This document shows positions 32,409 through 49,757 of a DNA stretch of 64,000 nucleotides, one piece after another. A model generated the notes under the pieces. It saw only the letters and a list, made by a program, of their open reading frames with translations, was not told the DNA's origin and did no database searches. This DNA comes from an uncultured Gemmatimonadales bacterium. GTDB lineage: Bacteria; Gemmatimonadota; Gemmatimonadetes; Gemmatimonadales; Gemmatimonadaceae. The stretch covers positions 160,001 to 224,000 of the forward strand of contig CAWBZV010000002.1 in the NCBI GenBank assembly GCA_963793305.1, in the 5' to 3' direction. The position numbers were made by a program, and so were the translations under genes. Position 1 is the first letter of the stretch; each line of letters opens with the position of its first letter.

Positions 32409-33175
32409 GGGGTAAACCGCTCAACCAGTGTCGTCGCCAGGTTGACGTACGATTGCGCCGCCGCATCGGACGGGTTGCGCAACACGACAGGCTGTCCGGC
32501 GGCGAATGCGTCAGCCGCTGCGACGGTACGGGGCACGACCGTATCAAACACCATATTCGCCGGGAGGTGCCGCCGCACGTAGTCCGCCACGCGTACGCAG
32601 GCCTTATTCGCCGGCTCGTACATCGTCAGGAGAATCCCGTCGAGCGTCAGATCCCCGTTGCAGGCGACGATATCCTGGATCGCGCGCAGGATCTGCGGCG
32701 TGGTTTGCAGCGCCAGGGGCTCGCACTGCAGCGGGACGATGACGTGCTGGCTGGCCTCGAGCGTGCGCCGCACGATCGAGCCCAGTCCGGGCGGGGTATC
32801 GACGATCACCACGTCGCAGCGCTCGCGCGCTTCGACGAGGACGTCGCGCAGCATCGTCGAGTCGGCCATCAGCTGCTGGTACTCGGAGTGGTTGGCCTTC
32901 TCGGAGATGGTGCCGACGAGCATCACGCGCAGCCAGGGCAGTTGCGTCGGCAGAATGATCTCGCGCAGCCGGCGCTCGCCGTTCAAGTACTCGAAGAACC
33001 CATGCTGGGGATGGCCGCGCCGGAGACCCGCGCCGTAGCGCACGGCGCCTTGCGGGTCAACGTCGACGATGAGCGTTTTGAGTCCGCGCCGGGCGAAGGC
33101 CGCACCGAGATTGACCGCCGTCGTCGTTTTCCCGACGCCGCCTTTCTGGCTCACGACGGCGACCACGTGCCCCAC
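32405..33175 (-). CDS. ParA/Soj family ATPase (no parB adjacent)
   Basis: QKGGVGKTTT, DVDPQ, DTPPGLG and VPLQCE; GTG start overlaps the TPR gene stop. Confidence 0.92.
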   Translation of the reverse strand: MGHVVAVVSQKGGVGKTTTAVNLGAAFARRGLKTLIVDVDPQGAVRYGAGLRRGHPQHGFFEYLNGERRLREIILPTQLPWLRVMLVGTISEKANHSEYQQLMADSTMLRDVLVEARERCDVVIVDTPPGLGSIVRRTLEASQHVIVPLQCEPLALQTTPQILRAIQDIVACNGDLTLDGILLTMYEPANKACVRVADYVRRHLPANMVFDTVVPRTVAAADAFAAGQPVVLRNPSDAAAQSYVNLATTLVERFTP

Positions 33176-33625
33176 TAGGCGCGCTCGGTGTCGAGTGTTG
33201 TACCGGTCTTCATGGCCTCGAGCGTCTCTTCGGCGTGCTTGACCCAGCGCTCGGCCTCGGCGCCGTGCGGGCGGTATTCCAAGAATCGGTTCAGATGTCG
33301 CTCCGCCCCATCTTTGTCGCCGCGCTTGAGCAGCAAGAACGCGAGGCCATAATGCGCGCCCGCCAGTTGCGGCTGCACATCGAGCGCGCGCCGGTAACAG
33401 CGAATCGCGTCCTCGAGACGCCCCGTCTTCGAGTAGGCGATCGCGAGATTCTGCAGCACGCGGTGATCGTTGGGCTGGTCGCGCAGCGCGAGCTGATACG
33501 AACGTCAGCGCGGCGTCGTAATCGCCCTGGCGCTCGAGAGCCAACGCCTCGCTCAAATAGTCCAGGCGTTGCGGCTTGGGTGACCCGCCAGGTTTGCCCC
33601 CGAGGAGGCGGCTCAACCAGGACAT
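33175..33625 (-). CDS. Tetratricopeptide repeat protein; frameshift near 33501
   Basis: TPR pattern (NLAIAYSKTGRLEDA, AHYGLAFL); frame restored by removing one base. Confidence 0.82.
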
Positions 33626-33660
33626 AGTGTCAAAGGTACGAAGGGCGTAGCTTATACACC

Positions 33661-34179
33661 ATGGCGCCACGTCGATACGTCGTCGATCACACGAAAGGGG
33701 TCATGCACATCGAATGGCCGTTTTTCGGTGAGTTGTCCCGTGCGCTCGCGCTCAAGGTCGCGCGCGCGTATGACCCCCAAATTGTCGTCGGCATCGCGAC
33801 CGCCGGGGTCGTTCCCGGTGCCGTCGTCTCGGCGATCCTCGACCGCGAGTTTCACTCCATCATGGTCTCGCGCCGCGCCAAAGCCACCACCGTGCGTGAG
33901 ACCCCCGCCGTGCTCGGGGCCGCCCCGCCCGAGGTCCGCGGGCGCCGCGTGCTGATCGTCGATGAGACATGCGACTCCGGCGCCACCATGCGCCTCGCCG
34001 TCGCCGCCATCGTGAACGCCGGCGCCACCACCGTGCGCACCGCCGTCTCGTTCAAAACCGGGACGTATGAGCCGGATTTCTATGCGCTCGCGACCGAGAG
34101 CACGATTGTACTCCCATGGGACCGCGAGGTTCTCGTGGACGGGGAGCTGCTCCCCAATCCCATGTACGAGGGTCTCTGA
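33661..34179 (+). CDS. Type I phosphoribosyltransferase (Gpt-like)
   Basis: VVGIATAG, VLIVDETCDSGAT and VLPW. Confidence 0.88.
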   Translation: MAPRRYVVDHTKGVMHIEWPFFGELSRALALKVARAYDPQIVVGIATAGVVPGAVVSAILDREFHSIMVSRRAKATTVRETPAVLGAAPPEVRGRRVLIVDETCDSGATMRLAVAAIVNAGATTVRTAVSFKTGTYEPDFYALATESTIVLPWDREVLVDGELLPNPMYEGL

Positions 34180-34180
34180 G

Positions 34181-34305
34181 CGCGCTTCGCGCGACTCACT
34201 GATACTTGGGGGGTCCGGGGGGCGTAGTTGGGGTTTGCCCCCCGGAGGCGAACAGACCAGTCGATGCAGCGCGTAGCGCGGCATCGACGTGCCGCGGAGC
34301 GGCAC
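34181..34305. repeat. Cluster of GC-rich hairpins between convergent genes (REP-like)
   Basis: TCCGGGGGGC/GCCCCCCGGA, GTCGATGC/GCATCGAC and GTGCCGC-GGA-GCGGCAC. Confidence 0.55.
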
Positions 34306-34316
34306 TGTAGGCCCCG

Positions 34317-34877
34317 CTATTCGACGGCTTCGACCGCCGTCTCGTAGCTGGTCCCGGCGCCCATCTCGTCATAGACATGCCCCATGACCTCGGCATTGCC
34401 GATCAAAAATCGGCACCGGGGCGCGCCGGCGGAGCGACACTCGACTTCGAGGACCGCGAGCGGATGGTCGGCGATCCGCCCGAAGAAGTCCGCGAACATG
34501 CCCGTGGTGAGATAACACCCGGGATGATCGAGGTTGGCGCTGGGGTCGGCCTCGGCCCAATCGGCCGTGTCGAGCGTCGCGACCGCGTCGCGGAGGGTGC
34601 CGATGGTGAGTGACCCCCACCCGGCGTCCCGGAAGTACTCGGTGGCGCGCTGCTCGAAGGTCGGCACGTCCAGATCTTCCGGTGCGCCGAATCCTTGTGC
34701 CTCCATCCAGGAAGTAAAAGAGGCAAAGAGCTGCTCACCGCCGGCGTATCCGGCTTCCTGGAGATAGGAGGCCGCGGCGAGACCGGCGTCGCGGACGAGC
34801 GCGGCGCGGAGCGCGGCGAGCGAGCCGCGGGTCAGGGCGACCATCTGATGGCGCGCGAGGTCGATCGACTGTGGCAT
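34317..34877 (-). CDS. V4R domain protein
   Basis: AGWGSL, GCYLTTG and EVECRSAGAPRCRF. Confidence 0.85.
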   Translation of the reverse strand: MPQSIDLARHQMVALTRGSLAALRAALVRDAGLAAASYLQEAGYAGGEQLFASFTSWMEAQGFGAPEDLDVPTFEQRATEYFRDAGWGSLTIGTLRDAVATLDTADWAEADPSANLDHPGCYLTTGMFADFFGRIADHPLAVLEVECRSAGAPRCRFLIGNAEVMGHVYDEMGAGTSYETAVEAVE

Positions 34878-34887
34878 GGCTGATAAC

Positions 34888-37712
<2,825 letters not shown>

Positions 37713-38644
37713 TGGCGGTATGCGCGAGAAACTCGTCGCTGTCGAAGCGAATAACGCGGTTGCGTCCCTGCTCCTTCGCCACGTACAGCGCGTCATCGGC
37801 GGCCCGCACTAACGCATCGACATTGGTGATCCGTGTGTGTGGCCACCCGGCCACGCCACAACTGATCGTGCGTTGCACGCTCCCGCCGTCGAACGCAAAT
37901 GTATGCTCCTCCACGGATTTCCGCACCCTTTCCGCGAACGTCACCGCATCCTCGGCCGTCGCCCCGGGAAGAATCAACATGAATTCCTCGCCGCCGTACC
38001 GGCCGACACGGTCGATTTCGCGAGCCGCGATCTTGAGGAGCGCCGCCAGCTGGCGCAGCACCGCGTCGCCCGCTTGGTGCCCATGCGTGTCATTCACGCT
38101 CTTGAACTTGTCGAGATCGCACATCACGCAGGCGAAGGGCTCCTGCATCCGGAGCGAGTGCTCGAACGTTTCCTCGAGCCGTTGCTCGAGATGGCGACGG
38201 TTGTCGATCTCGGTCAACGCATCGGTTTTCGAGAGCCGCTCGACCTGATCCTGCAGGGCTTTGATCCGCAACAACGACCGAACCCGCGCCTCCAGCTCGG
38301 CGAAGTTGATCGGTTTCGTGATGTAGTCATCCGCGCCGGCGTCCAGCCCGTCGACTTTGTCCTGGGTCGAGTCGAGCGCCGTCTGCATGATGATCGGGAT
38401 GAACGGCAGCTCCTTGTTGCCTTTGATGAGCCGCGCGACCTCCAGGCCGGTCAGCCTGGGCAGCATGATGTCGAGGAGAATCAGGTCGGGCATCGGCTGG
38501 GCGGCTTCAACCACGGCGAGCGCCTCTTCGCCATCCTGGGCCGTCAGCGTCGCGTAGCCGCGCGCTTCGAGACGATCTTTGAGCAGGTCGATGTTGTCGG
38601 GATGGTCATCGACAATCAAAACGTGCACTGCTCCCTGCATGTCG

Positions 38645-39034
38645 CTATACCGCTTCAGTCTTCCCGAGGAAGCGCTGGACCTCGGCGACCACCGCGCGGG
38701 GCTCACAGGGTTTGGCGAGATAGCCATCGCACCCGACTTCCATCGCCTTCTCCCGGTCCGACGCCAGCGCGTGGGCGGTCAGCGCGATAATCGGAATGTC
38801 GTGCGTCGCCGGGTCGTGCTTGAGCACCTGTGTGGCTTCCCACCCGTCGATAATGGGGATCGAGATATCCATCAGGATGAGATCGGGTCTCTCCGCTCTC
38901 GCTTTCGCGATCCCTTCCTCGCCGTTCAACGCTTCCATCACCCGATAGCCAAAGTGGCGAAGAATCGTCGAGTACACGATACGATTGTCTTCGTTGTCTT
39001 CGACCAGCAGGACGGTCTTCCCATTAGCGGTCAT
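38645..39034 (-). CDS. Single-domain response regulator (DivK-like)
   Basis: LLVEDNEDN, ILMDISIP, IPIIALTAHA and GCDGYLAKP. Confidence 0.92.
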   Translation of the reverse strand: MTANGKTVLLVEDNEDNRIVYSTILRHFGYRVMEALNGEEGIAKARAERPDLILMDISIPIIDGWEATQVLKHDPATHDIPIIALTAHALASDREKAMEVGCDGYLAKPCEPRAVVAEVQRFLGKTEAV

Positions 39035-39157
39035 GCGTTGCCCAGGTGTGCCAAGTAATTGTGTGGCTTGCACTTGCGCTCCATAAACGCAACGAGAGGA
39101 CAGACTCGCTCAAGATGGGCGGCGGTGCCATGACCGGCCGGAGTCCCTTGCCTTAGC

Positions 39158-39173
39158 AGCAAGTTTCTTACCA
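39158..39173 (-). promoter_or_regulatory. Candidate sigma54 (-24/-12) promoter
   Basis: Minus strand TGGTAAGAAACTTGCT matches TGGCACG-N4-TTGCW spacing, about 125 nt upstream of the response regulator. Confidence 0.55.
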
Positions 39174-39182
39174 ACGGTCGGA

Positions 39183-39950
39183 TCACAGTTTCGCCAGGCG
39201 GGCGCGGGCGTCGTCCTGGTAGTGCGAGTCGTTGTAATCGGTCACCGGCGCGTTGACCACAAATTCATACTCCGTTCGCGCTTTGGCCTTGTCGCCCGTG
39301 TCCTGATAGATCCTTGCCAGGTCCAGGTGATGGATGATCCGGCTCGGATCGTACTTGACCGCCTTTTCCATGTAATCCGTGGCGTTCTGCCAACTCGCCT
39401 GGCTGAAGATGCCGCCGCCTAAGAAATTCTTGGCCATGAACCGGGAGAACCCCGACAAGCGCATGATCTCCGCGTTCCAGGCGCCCATGACGTGCAGCGC
39501 GCCAGGATTCGTCGAGTCGATGGCCAAAGCCGCCAGCGCCTCGGAGCGCACTTCTTTGGCGTACTTGACGCGCGTGCCGGGGCCATACGTGAGGGCTTCC
39601 CGTCCCAGCGCGCGGGCCAGGTGAAAGTGCGGCGTCGCGCTGTCGGGATGAAGAGCGACCGCTCGTCGCGCGTAGGCGCTCGCCATCTTGTACAGTCCCG
39701 TTCGATGCTCTTTGTCCGGGTCGAACTCGGCCAAGTCGACCGCGCTCCGCGCGGCTTTCCACAGCGCCTCGTAGTTCATCGAGTCCGCCGCGATCGCGGC
39801 CTCGTAGTCGGCGAGCGCCGCCTGCGCGTTGCGCGCGGCGTACAAGCTGTCGCCGAGGGCCATATTCGATCGTGCCGCTGTGTCCTGTCCCCACGCCGGG
39901 GCCGAGGCCAGCATGACGGCGACGAGAACGGTGGGACGCATAGGCGGCAT
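39183..39950 (-). CDS. Exported TPR-like helical protein (RMDN-like)
   Basis: Signal peptide ending APAWG-Q, TPR-like repeats. Confidence 0.75.
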   Translation of the reverse strand: MPPMRPTVLVAVMLASAPAWGQDTAARSNMALGDSLYAARNAQAALADYEAAIAADSMNYEALWKAARSAVDLAEFDPDKEHRTGLYKMASAYARRAVALHPDSATPHFHLARALGREALTYGPGTRVKYAKEVRSEALAALAIDSTNPGALHVMGAWNAEIMRLSGFSRFMAKNFLGGGIFSQASWQNATDYMEKAVKYDPSRIIHHLDLARIYQDTGDKAKARTEYEFVVNAPVTDYNDSHYQDDARARLAKL

Positions 39951-39991
39951 CAAGCTATCGGGACCAATGCAACAGAGCAACCAGAGAGGCG

Positions 39992-41281
39992 ATGCTCGCG
40001 CTGAGTCTGATAGAACGGAAACGCGACGGTGAGCGCATCCGGCCCGCCGAGTGGCAGGCGCTCATCTCTGCCTATGTCGCTGGTGAGATACCGGACTACC
40101 AGATGGCCGCTCTCCTTATGGCGGCCTATCTCAACGGCCTGAACACGGACGAGACTGTCGCACTGACCACGGCGATGATGTCGAGCGGCGCGACGCTCCC
40201 GAAGCGCCGAGAGCCTCGCATCGACAAGCACTCGACGGGCGGAGTAGGCGACAAAGTGTCGCTGGTACTTGCGCCGTTGGTCGCCTCACTAGGACTGACG
40301 GTCCCCATGATCTCGGGCCGCGGGCTCGGTCACACAGGCGGGACGCTCGACAAGCTCGAGGCGATCCCTGGGTTTCGCACACAACTCTCCTTGGCCGAGG
40401 CCGAGCGGCAACTCGACGATATCGGGTGCGTGCTCATCGGCCAGACGGCCGAGCTTGCGCCCGCCGACCGTCGGCTCTACGCGTTGCGCGACGCCACAGC
40501 GACTGTGGACTCTATCCCACTCATCGCGGCCAGCATCATGAGTAAAAAGCTGGTCGAGGGCCTCAATGGTCTCGTGCTCGACGTGACGACCGGCTCGGGC
40601 GCCTTTTTGCCCACACCGGAAGACGCCACTTCCTTAGCCCGGGTGATGATCGCGCTTGGCGCCGCCCATGATTGCCGCACCGTCGCGCTGATCACCGCGA
40701 TGGATCGCCCGCTCGGATGGGCCTGCGGCAACGCGCTCGAAACCGAGGAGGCGATACATGCGTTGCGCGGGGAAGGGCCGAGCGATCTCATGACCGTCAC
40801 GTTCGCGCTTGCCGCCGAGATGCTCACGCTTGGCGGCTTGGACTCCGATAGCGCTGCACTCTCCCGCGCCATCACCTCAGGGGCGGCCGCTCGCAAATTT
40901 CAGGAAATTATCGAGGCGCAAGGCGGCAACCCTGGCGTCGTCGACGATCCCGCCACGCTCCCACAAGCGCCTGTCTCCTCGCCGTACCTCGCGAGTCGCT
41001 CCGGCGTCGTCGCCGCGATTGATCCTCGCATCGTTGGCCAGGGTATCATCGCACTGGGAGGAGGGCGGAGTCGACAAGAAGACACGATCGACCCGGCGGT
41101 CGGGTTCGTGATCACCATCAAGCCGGGCGATCGGGTCGAACGGGATCAGCCGTTGGCGACGATCTACGCGCGCGATGCCGAGGGGTTGGCCGTCGGACGA
41201 TCCGCACTCGACCGCGCGATACGCATCGCGGACGAGGCCGAGCCGATGTTATCGTTGATTATGGCCCGAATCGGGGATTAG
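39992..41281 (+). CDS. pdp: Thymidine/pyrimidine-nucleoside phosphorylase
   Basis: DKHSTGGVGDK, SGRGLGHTGGTLDKLE, RDATATV and SIMSKK. Confidence 0.95.
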   Translation: MLALSLIERKRDGERIRPAEWQALISAYVAGEIPDYQMAALLMAAYLNGLNTDETVALTTAMMSSGATLPKRREPRIDKHSTGGVGDKVSLVLAPLVASLGLTVPMISGRGLGHTGGTLDKLEAIPGFRTQLSLAEAERQLDDIGCVLIGQTAELAPADRRLYALRDATATVDSIPLIAASIMSKKLVEGLNGLVLDVTTGSGAFLPTPEDATSLARVMIALGAAHDCRTVALITAMDRPLGWACGNALETEEAIHALRGEGPSDLMTVTFALAAEMLTLGGLDSDSAALSRAITSGAAARKFQEIIEAQGGNPGVVDDPATLPQAPVSSPYLASRSGVVAAIDPRIVGQGIIALGGGRSRQEDTIDPAVGFVITIKPGDRVERDQPLATIYARDAEGLAVGRSALDRAIRIADEAEPMLSLIMARIGD

Positions 41282-41283
41282 CC

Positions 41284-44887
<3,604 letters not shown>

Positions 44888-44891
<4 letters not shown>

Positions 44892-45667
44892 TTCCCCACG
44901 AATCGCGGCGCGCGCTTCTCGAGAAAGGCCCCAGTCCCTTCCACCGCGTCGGTCGAGGCGGCGAGGACGCCAAAATAGGCGGACTCCAAGACGAGCGCCG
45001 AATCGAGGCTCATGCCGAGCCCACGATGCACGGCGTCGATCGTGAGGGCGAGCGCGAGCGGCCCATTGGCGAGGATCTGCATCATCACGGCTCGGGCCGC
45101 GGACTGCACTTCCTCCGCCGGCACCACGCGCGTCACGAGTCCGATGCGGAGCGCCTCGGCCGCATCGATCGTCTCGCCCGTGAGCAGCAAATGCATCGCC
45201 CGCCCGGCGCCGACGAGCCGCGGCAGGCGCTGCGTGCCGCCATATCCCGCCGCGAGACCGAGCTTGACCTCCGGCTGGCCGAACTTGGCCGTCTCAGCGG
45301 CGATCCGGATGTGGCACGCCATCGCCAGCTCGCACCCGCCGCCGAGCGCGAAGCCATTGACCGCCGCGATGACCGGCTTGGGCAATGTCTCGATCGACCG
45401 GAACACGCGCTGCCCGAACTCCAACGTCGCCTGTGCCTCGATCGCGCTCAGTCCCTTGATCTCGCCAATGTCGGCGCCCGCGGCAAACGCGCGGCCGGCG
45501 CCGGTCAGGATGATTCCCCCGACCGTGGGATCGGCTCGAGCCTCGGCGACCGCGGTGCCGAGCTCGGAGATCGTGATGTGGTTGAGGGCGTTGAGCTTGT
45601 CGGGTCGGTTGAGCGTGATTGTAGCGATGCGCTCGCCGACCTGCGAGACTACGGATTGATGCGGCAC
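44888..45667 (-). CDS. Enoyl-CoA hydratase/crotonase family protein
   Basis: TLNRPDKLNAL, AFAAGADI, ALGGGCEL, GQPEVKLG and GGTQRL. Confidence 0.93.
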
Positions 45668-46654
45668 GAGAGAGAATCTAATTGGATCCTGCGGAAGGGC
45701 ACCGTTCGATCCGGCTTCCATTATGAGACGAGCACCGGTCGCCGGGTGCGCCAACGCAGCACGCTGGCGCGGATCAAGGCGTTGCGCGTCCCGCCCGCCT
45801 ATCGCGACGTGCACATCGCCACCCGGCCGGGTGCGACGATCCAAGCGTATGGATACGATGCGCGCGGCCGGAAGCAGTATCGGTATCTCCCGAGCGCGGT
45901 CGAGAAAAGCGCGAACCGCAAATTCCGTCGTATCGCCGGGATGGGACGCGATCTCCCGGCCATCCGCGCCCGACTCGCGGCCGACATGCGGCGCCCGGGG
46001 CTCACGCGCCAGCGGGTCTCGGCGGCCGTCGTCAGGCTTATCGCCGAGGGCTATCTCCGCGTGGGCAACGAGCGCTACGAGCGCGAAAATCGCTCGCACG
46101 GCGCCACGACGTTGCGCAAGTCGAATATCAAAGTCGATGGGACTCGCGTCAGCCTGCACTACCGGGGCAAGCACGCCATAGAGCAACGACACACGATCGT
46201 CGACGGCCGCCTCGCGAAGTTCATCACCCAGCTCCACGCGGCGCCGGGCGTGCACGTCTTTCGGTATCAAAACGGTGCGCGGTGGTGCGACGTGACGGCG
46301 AGCGACATCAACCGCTACCTGCGCGACCTCGTCGGCGTCCCGTATACGGCGAAGGACTTTCGTACGTGGGGCGGGACCTTGCAATGCGCGGTGTCTCTCG
46401 CCGCAACCCGGCCCGCGGACAACGTAACCCAAGCGAAACGCAACGTGGTCGCGGCCATCCGTGGCGTCTCCGAAGAGCTGGGCAACACTCCGGCAATCGC
46501 CCGGAAGTCGTACGTGCACCCCATCGTCATCGCCCAGTATCTGGACCATGGCGCGACGATCGCCCCGTATCTCACGGGGCAATGCGTTCGCCTCGGCCGG
46601 TGCACGCGTGAAGAGGAGGCGCTCTCGGAGTTCCTCCACTCGCATTTTCGCTAG
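45659..46654 (+). CDS. Bacterial DNA topoisomerase IB
   Basis: DARGRKQYRY, LRVGNE, YRGK, AKDFRTWG and LGNTPAIARKSYVHP. Confidence 0.93.
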   Translation: MRHERESNWILRKGTVRSGFHYETSTGRRVRQRSTLARIKALRVPPAYRDVHIATRPGATIQAYGYDARGRKQYRYLPSAVEKSANRKFRRIAGMGRDLPAIRARLAADMRRPGLTRQRVSAAVVRLIAEGYLRVGNERYERENRSHGATTLRKSNIKVDGTRVSLHYRGKHAIEQRHTIVDGRLAKFITQLHAAPGVHVFRYQNGARWCDVTASDINRYLRDLVGVPYTAKDFRTWGGTLQCAVSLAATRPADNVTQAKRNVVAAIRGVSEELGNTPAIARKSYVHPIVIAQYLDHGATIAPYLTGQCVRLGRCTREEEALSEFLHSHFR

Positions 46655-46664
46655 ATTGCGCCCT

Positions 46665-47643
46665 GTGGAGCCTCTAGCCGCCGTACGGTGGACGCCTGAC
46701 TTTGCAGCTGTTCGCATCATCGATCAACGCCTGCTGCCCGGCGAGTTCGTCGAACGCGACCTGTCGACACTCGACGAGATCTGCGATGCCATTTCCACTC
46801 TGGCCGTGCGCGGCGCTCCTGCTATCGGTGTGGCCGGCGCCCTCGGCCTGGCAGCCCTCCTCGCGCACGAGCCATCCATGGTGTGCGCGGAAGCCTACGC
46901 AGCCCGAATTCGCTCGGCGCGCCCTACCGCGGTAAACCTCCCACGCGCCATCGATCGTGTCATGGCTGCGGTTCGTGCCGCCCCCGACGCCGAGATCGCG
47001 CGGGTGGCTCGTCATGAGGCCAACGCGATTCTAGAAGAGGACCGGGCCATGTGCCGGCGTATCGGCGAGGCCGGCGCGCCGTTGATCCCGGACGGCGCGC
47101 GTATACTGACGCACTGCAACGCGGGCGCGCTCGCTACGTCGGGCATCGGCACCGCACTCGCGCCGGTCTACGTCGCCGCCGAAGGGGGACGACGCATAGA
47201 AGTCTTCGCCGACGAAACACGACCGCTCATGCAAGGTGCGCGGCTCACGGCATGGGAGCTTTCGCGCGCCGGTATCCCCGTCACGGTCATTCCCGACAGT
47301 GCCGCCGCGAGCTTGTTGCGCTCGGGTAAGATCGACCTCGTGCTGGTCGGCGCCGATCGCATCGCAGCCAACGGTGATGCAGCGAATAAGATCGGGACAT
47401 ACGGTGTGGCCATTGCCGCCAAGCGCCACGGAGTGCCGTTCTATGTCGTCGCGCCAACGTCGACGTTCGATCCGGCCACCGCTTCGGGCGAGGATATCCC
47501 TATAGAAGAGCGAGGCCGACATGAGCTGTCCGTCCCAGACGGAGCTCGCGTGTTCAACCCGGCGTTCGAACGTCACGCCGGCGGAGCTCATCACGGCTTT
47601 CGTGAGTGACACCGGCGTGCACTATCCGCCGTACAGGTTCTGA
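46665..47643 (+). CDS. mtnA: S-methyl-5-thioribose-1-phosphate isomerase; frameshift near 47569
   Basis: IDQRLLP, VRGAPAIG, THCNAGALAT, ETRP, GADRI, NKIGTY; correction restores NPAFDVTPAELIT. Confidence 0.95.
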
Positions 47644-49305
<1,662 letters not shown>

Positions 49306-49310
49306 GGACT

Positions 49311-49757
49311 ATGCATCCACGGACGAAATGGTTGATCGGCGGCGCTATCATCCTCGGCAGCGCCGGGCTGATCATGGCCAACGCCATCACCAAAACCGGC
49401 GAGTACTATTTCACCCCCCAAGAATTGGCCACTCGCGTCGCCGGCGATCCGTCATTCGTCGAAACCGGCGTAAAGGTCGGCGCTCGCGTGGTGCCGGGCT
49501 CGATCGTTCGCGCACCCGGCGGGCGGGAAGTCTCTTTCCGCGTCTCCGACGGCGCCCAGACATATCCGGTCGTCTATCGCGGCATAACACCCGACACGTT
49601 CACCGATGGTGTCGATGTGGTGGTCGAAGGCAGACTGGGTCGCGATGGAACGTTTCGAGCGACGACACTGCTCGCCAAGTGCGCATCCCGCTACGAGAAC
49701 GCACCCGAGAAGTATCGGAGCACACCGGGATACCGGACGCCGAACGCGGCCACATGA
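49311..49757 (+). CDS. ccmE: Heme chaperone CcmE, CxxxY variant
   Basis: N-terminal TM, YYFTP, VYRGITPDTF, VVVEG and LLAKCASRY. Confidence 0.92.
   Translation: MHPRTKWLIGGAIILGSAGLIMANAITKTGEYYFTPQELATRVAGDPSFVETGVKVGARVVPGSIVRAPGGREVSFRVSDGAQTYPVVYRGITPDTFTDGVDVVVEGRLGRDGTFRATTLLAKCASRYENAPEKYRSTPGYRTPNAAT

Noticed and set aside
32405..33670. 421-aa apparent TPR-ParA fusion
   Set aside because: Caused by the indel near 33501; the corrected TPR gene stops at the ParA GTG
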